A DNA stretch of 64,000 bases from Sphyrna mokarran. Lineage: Eukaryota. The first letter of the stretch is position 1, and each line of letters opens with the position of its first letter. The position numbers and the translations under genes were made by a program. The stretch lies in the NCBI GenBank assembly GCA_024679065.1, contig JAGIQG010000040.1, positions 6,820,001 to 6,884,000 on the forward strand, written 5' to 3'. This document shows positions 51,648 through 63,486 of this stretch, piece by piece. Under the pieces are notes generated by a model. That model had not been told where the DNA came from. It saw only the letters and a list, made by a program, of their open reading frames with translations, and did no database searches.

Positions 51648-51714
51648 ATTTATTGTGCTGGAGTGAAGTGATGTGCGCTGGGACGACACAGTGATGCAGG
51701 CCACAACAAAAACG
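51648..51714 (+). other. IgNAR: IgNAR D4 (coding 51676-51686, CGCTGGGACGA) with 12-RSS on both sides
   Basis: ATTTATTGT-12-TGATGTG | D | CACAGTG-12-ACAAAAACG. Confidence 0.85.
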
Positions 51715-52025
51715 TCCACTATAGTTATTTCCTTTCGGACTGGCGAACCAGGCAGTATTGTACTGTTTCTAACACCTCTTAGCGTTGGAAATCCATTCCG
51801 ATGGATTTGCATTTTTGGAATGCACCATTATGATCCTTAATATTGAATCACTGGACTGTCTTTCTTGTAAGGTATTAGACGTGTACAGATGGCTCATAGA
51901 AAACCTCTCCACAGATGGAAACAGATCAAGAATTTAGGTGCATTGATGATAAATGTAACATATACAAAAGATCTTTGTATCGATGTTGCTTCAGGGCATT
52001 GAATAGCGGATTTTGCTTCATTGGC

Positions 52026-52064
52026 AGTTTGTGACATGGGCTGACTGGATGCTCACTGACCGTG
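52026..52064 (+). other. J recombination signal (23-bp spacer)
   Basis: AGTTTGTGA-23-GACCGTG. Confidence 0.75.
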
Positions 52065-52110
52065 TATTGCTACTATGATGGGCCTGGTACTCTACTGGCC
52101 GTAAATCCTG
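52065..52110 (+). CDS. IgNAR: IgNAR J segment (YCYYDGPGTLLAVNP)
   Basis: G-x-G-T FR4 motif, VNP end typical of NAR J, donor G|GTAAGT at 52111. Confidence 0.93.
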
Positions 52111-52928
52111 GTAAGTGACGTTTCTTGCTACTTCAAAATACTTTTTTGTACATAAAGGTTAAGAAGAACTAATATTTTAATGTTGCCTGAAGAATTAAGT
52201 AACATTCATAGTTCGTTTTCAGATCCCGGCTTAATTGATTTGATTTGGTTGGCATTCAGAACTATTTAGAACGTTGTGACTGAAAATGTTAGATTTCTAA
52301 CGGTAACCTAGCTGTCAATAAACACTTTAAAAACTTGATTAGGAAGGATTTGCTGGTTTTTAGCGTTAAAAAGGAACCAATCATACAATTTTCTTCCTGA
52401 CTGAGCTGATAACTTGTAAAATGAATTGATATTATTTCTAATCCAAAACAAATCTGTGCAATATTGTGGTGAGGAGTGATCTCTACAATCACGTAATAAA
52501 TGTAATGTATTGTTTCATAAAATTCTGGCTATAGTTTTATATGAGCAATTAAACACTTCTCGTTAACCATAACATGGACAGTAACATCAAGTTCTGATCG
52601 GGTCTGAAAATATGTTGGCCAATAACTTCTGTGCATTTCAGAATTTGGCTCAAAGGGAAAAAGAAAATGATCTAGTAAGAGACTGACTGGTCATGGCATT
52701 CTTCTATTCCTGTAGCGCCAGGAATACGTTAGTTATTCAGCAACCTATCTGACAAGTTTATTCCATCCTCCCCGCCTCAACACCCTCAGCTCCTACTGTG
52801 TCTCCCATTGACTTGGATTGTAGATTTAATTTCAGACTAAGAGTAAGCGACAGCAGATCAGTTTTGTGAATACCAGTGGAAAGCAGATGGACAGTAGATT
52901 AATCATTGAGGAAATCTGACTCTCGATT

Positions 52929-52948
52929 CGCCATCTGCTGGTGTGGCA
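52929..52948 (-). promoter_or_regulatory. Candidate CTCF site in the J-C1 intron
   Basis: Minus strand CCACACCAGCAGATGGCG matches the CTCF core CCAGCAGATGGCG; motif evidence only. Confidence 0.45.
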
Positions 52949-54169
52949 CAATAAATGAGACAGATTTAACCATGCATTGTGTAAGTCTGTGAGAATCCTG
53001 TTTACATCGAAACTTGTTTCCTTCAGCTAATAAGGGTTGTGTGTAAAACTTTTTGATTGAACCAAAAAGTAGACACTGAAATTGAACACAATATCCAAAG
53101 CTTTCTCTTTGTCCAATTCATTCTTAAATATATTAAGATTTGTTTTAAGTTTCGTTATGAACAGTGTTTTCTTACACTTCAGCTGTTATGTTGTCTGCTT
53201 CCTTACTTTATTTTAAGAGGCAATTTATTGATTTGGAGTGTGAGGTCGGGAAAACCGTCCTCGTGTGGCGGTGCAAAACTTGGGCATGGGTTTGACACGT
53301 TATCTTCCATTGATTGCAATGAATATTTGTATGACAGCTGGCCATTACCAATTCGCCCGTTATGCGCCATCAGCACAGATGAATATTTTACCTTTTAAAT
53401 TTCAAAGCAAACGGAAAGGTGCAGGTTGAATTAGAAACATTACTCGTGTATTGTTTACTGCAGCGGTGGAGCAGTCATTGGAAACATCAGAGAAATTGAA
53501 CTTTTCCGCTTCAGTAGTGCGCACCAATATTCGAAAATAGAATGTGTGCTGCAGCATATTAGTTACGATTAATTTTAATTGTTCTGGTTATATCAGGGCA
53601 TGTTAGCCAAGGTGTAGCCGGGATGTTAATAAAGACGGCTTTAGCCAAATAATTAATGAGAAGCCTTTGACTGGATACAGATCAAAAAGGTGATAATGCG
53701 TCACATGTGGGCTGAGGAGTTAGTTAATGTCTTGATTTTTTTATAAAAAGAAATGAACTACTAGGAGTTCTGATACAAGTTGGTGCTGAATTAATTTCCA
53801 AAGATAAATTTTACAACAATGTCGAGGCCGAAGGCAGACAAGTTTTATTTGAAAATGAGAGAATGAGACTCAATATGTGGTTTCAATAAGACCTTATGCA
53901 TAGGCCGAATCACAGATTTACCTCATTTTGTTTTCTATCACGAAGTGATTGTACGATTTTTGCTGCTGTTTATTTTACAATGCTTCTTAGATGGCCGCAA
54001 ATAGCAGAACAGTTGGAATCAGCAATATTTCGGAGGTCACAAGTGCATGAGATCAGTGAATGGGGGAGGTTTGCCGGTGTGGTTTGGGCACATTTTTATC
54101 ATGGAATCTACAGACAGCAATGCAGTGTAGTATATGTTCAGTTGTATACGGCCTTATACAAGAGCGAAG

Positions 54170-55335
54170 GCATGAGATCATTTAGTGAAAGGAATGGATA
54201 GTCTTGGGGATGTCAAGCATATCAAGTTGATGCTCAGGCAAGGGGAAGTCATGTCTGACAAATCCTTTAGATTTCTTTGAGGAGGTAGTACAGAAGTTAG
54301 AAAAAGGAGGACCAGTGGACGTGATTTATTTAGATTTCCAGAAGTCCTCACACAAGGTGTCACATTGAAGAATGCGAAATAAATTAAGAACTCATGGCGT
54401 TAAGGGTAAAATACTGGCATGGATAGAGGATTGGCTGATTGTCAGAAGACAAAAATGAAGGATCTTTTTCAAGATGGCAGCCGGTGTTGTGCCTAAGGGG
54501 TGGTGCTGGGACAACAACTTTTCACAATATACATTAACGATTTGGAAGGAGAAACTGAAGGGGCTATTGCTAAGTTTGCAGATGATACAAAGATATCTGG
54601 AGGGAAGGTAGTTCTGAGGAAGCAGGAAGTTGGGGGTTGAGGAGGGGTGGTGTGGGTGCAGAAAGATTTGGACAGACTAAGAAAATGGGCAAAGAAGTAG
54701 CAAATGGAAAACAATGTGGAAAAGTGTTAAGTTCTGCACTTTAGAAGCAGGAATGTAGGCGTAGACTATTTTCCAAATGGGAAAATAGAGAGTGAATTCA
54801 ACTATTTGACAAATTATCTTGGATCTCAATTAATCAGAATAAAATTTTAGATTCTTAATAATCAAGAAGGTAATTGGACAGAAACAATATTTGTATTGGT
54901 TCATAAAGAAAATGCACTATTTTAAAGTCATTTTGTGAAGATAATTTAGAAGAATGAAAGAGATCTTATTGAAACTTACAGAATATTGCGAGGTCTGGAT
55001 AAAGTGGGCGTGGAGACAATGTTTCCACTAGTCGGAAAAACTAGAACCAGATGGCACAATCCCAGACTAAAGGGATGATCCTTTAAAATAATGATGAGGA
55101 AGAATTTCTTCAGCTGGAGAGTGGTGAATCTGTGGAATACTTTGCTGCAAAAGGCTGTGGAGGCCAGGTCATTGAGTGACTTTAAGAAGAGATAGATAGA
55201 TATTTCATTAATAAAGGGATGAGAGGTTATGGGGAAAATGTAGGAGAATGGGGATGAGAAAACATCAGCAATGATTGAATAGTGGAGTAGATTCGACGTG
55301 CTGAATGGCCTAATTCTGTTCCTATTTCTTATGGC
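54170..55335 (+). mobile_element. Decayed CR1 (RT and 3' end) in the J-C1 intron
   Basis: IAKFADDTKI motif at ~54570-54595; CR1-type 3' end at ~55300. Confidence 0.75.
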
Positions 55336-55567
55336 CGTATAGGCAAGTGTAATATGCAAGGTCGATGTTGCAGACAGTTTAAATATACCTCAGGCAATGG
55401 CCGGGGTAGAGAGTGAATTCAGCTATTTGACAAATTATCTTGGATCTCAATTAATCAGAATAAAATTTTAGATTCTTAATAATCAAGAAGGTAATTGGAC
55501 AGAAACAATATTTGTATTGGTTGATAAAGAAAATGCACTATTTTAAAATCATTTTGTGAAGATAATT
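54786..55567. repeat. 161-bp near-perfect direct repeat (54786-54946 and 55407-55567)
   Basis: TAGAGAGTGAATTC...GTGAAGATAATT present twice, with about 3 differences. Confidence 0.9.
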
Positions 55568-55613
55568 AGTTGCATTAAGCAGCAGTTTGTATGAGTAATG
55601 AATGTCTTGCAAG

Positions 55614-55810
55614 ATGTGGAGATGCCGGCGTTGGACTGGGGTAAACACAGTAAGAAATCTGACAGCACCAGGTTTAAGACCAACCGATTTATTTGATAGT
55701 AAACTCACGAGCTTTCGAAGTGTCCTGCAAGAAACCTCGAAAGCTTGTGAGTTCACTATCAAATTAATCGGTTGGACTTAAACCTGGTGTTGTCAGACTT
55801 CTTACTGTGT
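55614..55810. mobile_element. Short foldback Penelope-derived element
   Basis: Inverted arms CAGTAAGAAATCTGACAGCACCAGGTTTAAG... / ...CTTAAACCTGGTGTTGTCAGACTTCTTACTG. Confidence 0.7.
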
Positions 55811-58298
55811 TCTGCAAGAAGCAGTGATGCCATCAGAATAATTTTAATCTTAATCCTCTGTGTTGGCATTGTGATTATTCTATCAGTCACTTACTTAACA
55901 TTTAATGCATCTCTGTTTCATAATATCTGCATTACAGACGCATTATTGCACTCTCGTATTAATGTAGGGATCCTTCTTAAAGAAAGCAACTTGCTTAATT
56001 ATTATAAAAGTAATATAATAAAACATTATTATAAAAAGAACAGTGACAACTTTAGCGTAATAATACAACCCCAAAGCAGTTCGTGGGATCGCCAAACACT
56101 GAAGTGTAACAAGGAATACTGAAGGTGACATTAATGCAATTGTCAAAAGTTTGATTAGAGGGGTAGGTTTTTTTATTATTTATATAATATTGTTTGTTGC
56201 ATTTTATTTAATGAGTATGATAAAAGGTAGAGGTCATATAGAAGGGCGGTGAGGCTTTGTCAGAGAATGACAGAACATTAGGAACGGCCGCTAATTGGAA
56301 GACGACCAATGTTGGAGCAATTGAAATCGGACACAGATAAACATGCACAGGTACTCTGTTCTTAGTGGAACATCCAGTTGCGTTTTGAGACGTAGGAGAA
56401 GAATCTCATGAAAAGATTTGCAGAGAAGGATACACATTTTAAGATAAATATGTTGATTGTCTTGGGCATGTATACGTCACTGAGCATTGAAGTCATGGGA
56501 TAAAGATATTTAGTGTCGTTAAAAATCGGTCGATAGTGGCTCTGGTGGCTTTAAATTCATGGAAGTGAGAATATAGTGTGATGATTTAGAATGGATTCGA
56601 ATAGAGAAAGGAAATCAATGAATGATGATTTCAGCAGCACTTATGCTCAGTGAAAGTGAAGCTGGATATTGTATCTGAGGTGAAACCTAATACGCTTGAG
56701 AAATGAAATGAACACTTGGTTGGAAGCTCATCTTGTGGTCAAAACAATGTTCCATTGTTGTCGTCAGTCTAATTGGGCCTCAGATGGAAAGTGGGTTCTA
56801 TAGTGGCACCTGATGATCTTTGCATTCCCAACGTTTATTTCAAGGGAACAATTGCATTTCAGTGCTGGATGTTGGACTAACAGTTGGTTAATTCAGTGAC
56901 ATTTGAGCAATTGCTGTTTGTGGGGTGTTAAGTGTTGTCAGTATACAGGTGTGTAATCTCGCTTTGGTGAGAGATGATGTCGCCGAGGTGCAAATTGATA
57001 TAAGAAGTAAGAACATATATGAGAGGAAAAATAAATTCAATGTACATATAATTTTAGACAACCACTTTACGCCAAGTCAAAAAGGATGAAATTTCTGGCA
57101 CATTGAATTCATAATCACATGGTTATCAATTTAAGTGTTGACAAGCAACTTTAAATGTTCATTATCATCTCAATTCCTTTAACACAATGTCCATACTTGA
57201 ATATTCTGCTGATAACTGGTGGCTGGGGGGTAGATATGGAGCTGACTGTCCTAAGGTTGACTTAATATTTTCTTTATTCTGTTACCAACCAGAGTGTCAG
57301 TAGTTATCAAGAGATTATCAAAAACCTAAGTTTAAAGTACGGGAACCAGCTCCCTATCTTGTTCCCTTACAGCTATTTACCAGTTGATAAATGTACACAG
57401 TAATTCTCCAGGCAGTTCCATACCTGTTATGGTTTTTTTTATATATATAAAATTGAACATTGCATCAAATAGCTTGGGAAATGCTGAATGCCCCGCTGCA
57501 ATTTGCCAAAGAAAATTGAGATAAGTCTTAAAATAAATCTCAAATTCTGTTTGCCAATGCACAGCTAAGCGAAGGTACAATTTTAAGTTGACTCTGTACC
57601 TGCTAGCATTGACCATAAACATGTAAACATGTAAAATAATTAAACCGCTTGGAAATTTCTGTAAACTCAATTAATGCCCTTGAAAGGCAGAGTCCACTAG
57701 ACTCTGCAGTATAGAGTTTTTCTCAACACAATTTCCCGATGACAGCAAGAATTTACACCCTGTAAGATGCACCTCAGTTATGTTCTATAATACTGAACTT
57801 TTCATTGGCACTAAATTCCAGGCAACTGTAATGATGAATAGGAATGGATCAGTGGGGATACAAGTATTCTGTGATGTGTCGACTATATCAACTCTTTCAA
57901 CTCAGTGCCGAGAGTCAATCATGTCATCTTACACAAAAATATCTGACCTGTATTTTTGAAAACAATTCAAGTGTTGTCAGGTTTTTAAGGCTAATGATAT
58001 AAATGGAAAATAATACACGTCAATGGATTAAGTAGGTCAACGAAGGAAAAAAACATTTTTCACATTTTCATAACGCCACAAATCTTATGCTAACCATGAA
58101 ATGCCTCTCGAATATAGACACTGATTCATTCAGACAGATAGTGCCGCTAATGTGCTCTCACATAGAGCAATTTGATATTGCCGGGATTATTAAATTTCGA
58201 TTTCGATGTTGGTTCAGGAATAAATTTTGGCTAACCATGTTGAAAACGATTTAATTCTATCATATAAGAGACTAAGACCTGTTTTGTAATTTTGGCAG

Positions 58299-58607
58299 CA
58301 ACTCCCCCAGTCATCAGTCTCTTCTTTGAAACTGATGAGTTGAGAGCAACGGGGTTTGTGCAGCTGATTTGTTTGATCCGCAAATACAAACCAAAAAGTA
58401 TTGGAGTGAGCTGGGAGAAAAATGGAAACGCCTTACGTAATGGCTTTACCACTACATCCTCACGGGAAACAGCAGATGGAAAATTCCAATCCAGCAGCAT
58501 TCTTAAGTTGCCGCTTCAGGAATGGAACAGCGGTTCCACATACAGCTGCCAAGTGACCCATTCTGCTACCAACAGCAACAAACGGAGAGAGATTAGATCA
58601 ACATCAG
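58299..58607 (+). CDS. IgNAR: IgNAR C1 exon
   Basis: TPPVISLF...FVQLICLI...VSWEKNG...LPLQEWNSGSTYSCQVTHSATNSNKRREIRSTS; AG/GT phase-1 boundaries. Confidence 0.95.
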
Positions 58608-58899
58608 GTGAGGAAATGGAATCAACTGACAAACTTCCAGATGTCATACAATCTTACTTTATTTTCAGGATTGAATTCATTGGGAAGCTGGCACAAAAAT
58701 TATTCGATAAGCATTAATCCTAGAAAGGAAACCCAGGCAATTTTGTAAAAACTCAGCAGTGTCTTTGGCGAGAGAAGACTTTGACTTTGACTTTGGAATC
58801 CGATTGACTCATCTTTAGTAATTTATTTTTTTAAATTTTATATTCACAAAATTTCACATTTTGTTGTTGGAGATACTGGAGCAGGTCAATTGGGTCATA

Positions 58900-59730
58900 T
58901 AGTCGTAGCAAATACATTGCAGAATAGGCTCTTCGGCCTCTGGAATCTGCAAGGACCCGAAAAAAGCATGAACTCCCGCTTAATGCTATTCACCAGCAGT
59001 TATCCCCTTACCGTTGAATGTGATGACGTGACAAGTGCACATGTAGACTTGTTTTAAAAGGATGTGAGACAAACTACCTCTACCATCCTCTTAGGAAGAG
59101 AGGGCCAGACCATCATGACAATCTGGGAGCAAATCGTCTTTCCTCAAATCACTGTAAAATGCCTACCCTTCAACTTGAATTTCTAACCCCTCCTAACTGA
59201 TCCTTTAACTAAGGGCACAACTTTCCTTATCCACTCTGCCCGTGCCCCTTACGATCTAATACGCCTCGATTAGGAAAGCCCTCATTTCTCTCTGTTCCAA
59301 AGAAATCAACCTAAGCTATCTATCCTTTCTTTGTAAACTAAATGCTGTAAGCCAGGCAGTATCCTGGTGAATGTCCCCCGTACCTCTCCAGTTCAATCAC
59401 ATTCTTCCTACAATCTGGCCACCAGAACTGCACACACTGCACAAGCTATGGCCTTACCAAAGTTCGATGCAACTGTAACACGATTTCCCAAATTTTGTAA
59501 TCTATACCTTGATGAAGAAAGATAAGTGCCTTTTTTTAACCACCTTGCTATCATGCCCTTCGGTCTTCAGGGATTTATGGACATATCCAGCGACGTTCCT
59601 TTTTCTGACACAAGTTCCTAGTTCAGTCAATAATTATTTGTCAAATCACTCCTTTCAACGTGTATCACGTCACATTTTTCATGGTTACATTCCATCTGCC
59701 ATTTATTTGCCCATTGAAAATCCTGTGAGT
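58900..59730 (-). mobile_element. Decayed CR1 3' fragment
   Basis: Reverse-strand VCAVLVA/QFW-like region and CR1-type tail; boundaries approximate. Confidence 0.6.
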
Positions 59731-60120
59731 GTGATCAGTTAGAGAAAATGCTGCAGTTAAGCATTACAGTAAAATTGGTTGGAATTCATTCAACATAATG
59801 GCCAAGCTGCTTAATAATGCTTTTCAGAAGAGATCGTGAGGTTTTGAAAGTCTGAATGTCCTACGTTTGCTCTCTATCTTTCTCTTTTTCAATTATGATG
59901 GCTGAAGACCCAATGTTGATTACAATTGGGAAAATGTTGCAAAAGATAATTCTCAGACGCCTTCTCATGAATGTCATACTTTGGGTAAAGAATGTATTGA
60001 GTATAATGTATTTATAATATTGGGAAAATATAGCGACAGGTCACCAAATCAATCTAGATGGAATAGAACAGAAACATAGATCGTCATTTCTTCCTCTAGC
60101 TATTTTTTTCGATTCTGACA

Positions 60121-60192
60121 CCCTCCCTCTCTCTCTCTCTCACACACACACACACAAACTGGTTTTATTTCCTCTCTGTGTATCTCTCTCTC
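60121..60192. repeat. (CT)n(CA)n compound microsatellite
   Basis: Direct reading. Confidence 0.8.
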
Positions 60193-60284
60193 TGCCACCT
60201 GATTTCTCGCACCATTGTCTCAAGCAGAAACAAACCATTTGAGAACTCGGCATCCAAGAGCTGAACTTCCAATCTAAGATACAA

Positions 60285-60600
60285 AGATCAAAACAGCACG
60301 GGAAACAGGTCCTTCTGCCCAACGAGCCCACGCCGCCAGCCCGATGTTCCCACCTCTACCCGCGATCCCTGTCCATGTTTATAGATATATGGATTAAAAA
60401 CAAAATTTGAGACAATTTAGGGAGAATTTGTTTTGCCAATTAACCTAAGAGCACATCTTTGGGATGTGGGAGGAAACCGGAGCTCCCGGAGAAAACCCAC
60501 GCAAGCACGGGGAGAATGCGCAAACTCCCATAGACACAGGCCCAAATCCATGTATCTGCACAGCACAGCGATAGTCACTGAGCTGTCGTGTTGCCCATCA
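60285..60600 (-). mobile_element. Diverged V-SINE-like SINE
   Basis: GGGAGGAAACCGGAGCTCCCGGAGAAAACCCACGCA is the reverse V-domain. Confidence 0.65.
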
Positions 60601-60799
60601 GATGGTCCAGGTCAAGCATACACTAACAACGTGAAGCAGTAGGATACTCTCAAAAAAGATCCAAGAGCAGTCCTCTCACGACCCATCGTGTGTATGTCCC
60701 TCGTTAGACAACAAGGTGGACCAAAGCACTTGTAGGATAAAAACAAGTACATCAATATCATCATCTATTTACACACTTCCCAGGGATTCCCAGGGCTCA

Positions 60800-63090
60800 T
60801 GATCCCTATTTTAAATCTGTTTTCTATACCCCTCCATTCCCATTCTGTTCATGTGCCCATCTAAGTATTTCTTAAATAACTCCAGAGTACCTGCCTTCAC
60901 CATTTTACTTGGCAGCGCATTCCATACCAGCACCACCCTCTGCGTGAAAAACCTCCCTCTAGCATCCAATTTATACCTTACCCTAAGCCCGTGACCCCTC
61001 GTGCTATTTGAGTCCATCCTAGGAAAAAGCTTAACCCTGTTTACTCTATCTATCCCCTTCAAAATCTTGTGTACCTCTATCAGATCTCCTCTAAGTCTAC
61101 GTCTTTCTAAGGAAAACAGCCCCAATTTGTCTAATCTCTCCTCGTAACTCAGACCTTCCATATCAGGCAGCATCCTGGTAAACCTCCTCTGCACTCTCTC
61201 CAGAGTCTCCACGTCCTTCCGGTAGTAAGGCGACCAGAACTGGACACAGTATTCCAAATGAGGTCTAACCAGCGTTTTAGAACATAGAACAATACAGCAC
61301 AGAACAGGCCCTTCGGCCTTCGATGTTGTGCCAACCAAAATAAAAAGCAATGCCCCTCACCTAAAAAACCTTCCCTTCTCATCCATAACTTATCAACTAA
61401 CCTCTTAAACGCCACCAAACTTGGCGCATCTACAACAGCTGCAGGCAGGGCATTCCACTCCCTAATCACTCTTTGAGTAAAGAACCTACCTCTGATATCC
61501 GTCCTATAACTCATACCCCTTAATTTAAAGCTGTGTCCCCTCGTGCTAGCTTTCTCCATCCTAGGAAAAAGGCTATCACTGTCCACCCTATCCAAACCTC
61601 TAATCATCTTATATGTTTCAATAAGATCCCCCCTTAGCCGCCTCCTTTCTAACGAAAACAACCTCAAATCCTTCAACCTCTCTTCATAAGACCTGCCCTC
61701 CATACCAGGCAACATCCTGGTAAACCTCCTCTGTACCCTCTCCAATGCCTCCACATCTTTCTTATAATGTGGCGACCAGAACTGCACACAATACTCCAAG
61801 TGCGGCCGCACTAGAGTTTTGTACAGTTGCAACATGACGCTGCGGCTCCTAAATTCAATCCCCCTACCAATAAAAGCTAAGACTCCATAAGCCTTCTTAA
61901 CAACCTTATCCACTTGACNNNNNNNNNNNNNNNNNNNNNNNNNNNNNNNNNNNNNNNNNNNNNNNNNNNNNNNNNNNNNNNNNNNNNNNNNNNNNNNNNN
62001 NNNNNNNNNNNNNNNNNNCTGAGGCACACCACTCGTCACCGAACTCCACGATGAATATCTCCCATCAACCACCACCCTCTGTCTTCTATCTGCCAGCCAA
62101 TTCCTAATCCAATTAGCTAAATCACCCTCTATTCCACACATCTGCATTTTCTGTAGAAGTCTTCCATGGGCCACCTTATCAAACGCCTTACTAAAGTCCA
62201 TATATACTACATCAACCGCCTTACCCCCATCCACCTCTCTGGTCACTTTCTCAAAAAACTCAATGAGGTTAGTAAGGCATGACCTACCCTTCACGAAACC
62301 ATGCTGACTATCCCCAATCAATTCATTTCTCTCTAAATAACTATAAATCCTATCCCTAATAATTCTCTCCAATACCTTGCCCCCACAACAGAAGTAAGAC
62401 TCACTGGCCTATAATTCCCAGGAAGGTCTCTCTTCCCCTTCTTAAACATGGGACCACATTCGCCATCCTCCAGTCCTCCGGAACCACACCCGTAACCAAC
62501 GAGGACCTGAAGATCAGAGCCAGAGGCTCTGCAATCTCCTCTCTTGCCTCCCAGAGAATCCTAGGGTAAATCCCGTCCGGCCCAGGGGACTTATCCCACT
62601 TCAAACCCTCGAGAATTTCTAACACATCCTCCCTATCTACTACAATACTCCCCAATTTGCAACCCTGCACCTCAGTGCTCTCCACAGCTACATTTCCAGC
62701 ACTCTGCGTGAATACCGAAGAGAAATATTTATTCAGTGCCTCACCAATCTCTTCAGGCTCCACGCACAACTTCCCACTGCTGTCTATGACTGGCCCTAAT
62801 CTTGCCCTAACCACTCTTCTATTCTTAACATATCGAAAGAAAGCTTTAGGATTCTCCTTAATCCTATCAGCCACCATCTTCTCGTGTCCCCTCTTAGCTC
62901 TCCTCAATTCACTTTTTACCTCCTTCCTAGCTAATCTATAGCTATCCATTGCACTACCTGAGCCTTCAAGCCTCATCCTGACATAAGCCTCCTTTTTCTT
63001 CTTAACCAGTTTTATACAACTGCAACATTAAAGGCCAGCTCTTGTATTCTATACCCCTTCCTATAAAGGCTAACATGTGCTTTCTTTACA
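60800..63090 (-). mobile_element. Young CR1 (61278-63009, containing a 100-N gap at 61919-62018) nested in another CR1 (60800-61277 and 63010-63090)
   Basis: ORFs 61149-62372, 62401-62976 and 60811-61350; the host sequence resumes after the insert (TTTTATACAACTGC). Confidence 0.92.
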
Positions 63091-63486
63091 ACCTCATTTC
63101 CTCTTCACCTATTTTTCTGCCTCCCCACTCCTGCAGCTTCCATCCATCTCCATCTCACTTTCTCCTGCTCCCTACTTTATTGTTTCTTTCTCAATCTATG
63201 TTTCTGAATCTTGCTGCACATGGCACTTTCTATTGCATTTTTTTATGCGTTACTGTATGCCATTACCCCTCAGCCAGTTGCACAGTCTAAATTCACCTTT
63301 CAGCATGTGTTTCATATCAGCATCTTGCCAAGCTGCAGAATTATAGTTCACATTCAACAAAACTCAGTAAAAACAAAAATTGCCAGGCTAACTGTTCTCA
63401 TTCACATTAAAATACTCGTTATAAACAAAATCATTACCACTAAAGCCTGCCTTTGATTCGGGATTTATGTTAATTTCCATTGGCAG

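Noticed and set aside
49580-52110. NAR-TCR delta V domain
   Set aside because: J splices in frame to IgNAR-type C1-C2-C3 exons, and no supporting TCR-delta V is present.
57215-57260. J-like peptide GGWGVDMELTVL followed by AG|GT in the J-C1 intron
   Set aside because: No G-x-G-T motif, no heptamer or nonamer upstream, and a poor donor (GTTGAC).
667-63456. Numerous 60-150 aa ORFs in the track
   Set aside because: They are antisense or shifted frames of CR1, SINE and ZNF sequence, or AT-rich chance ORFs with no recognisable domain.
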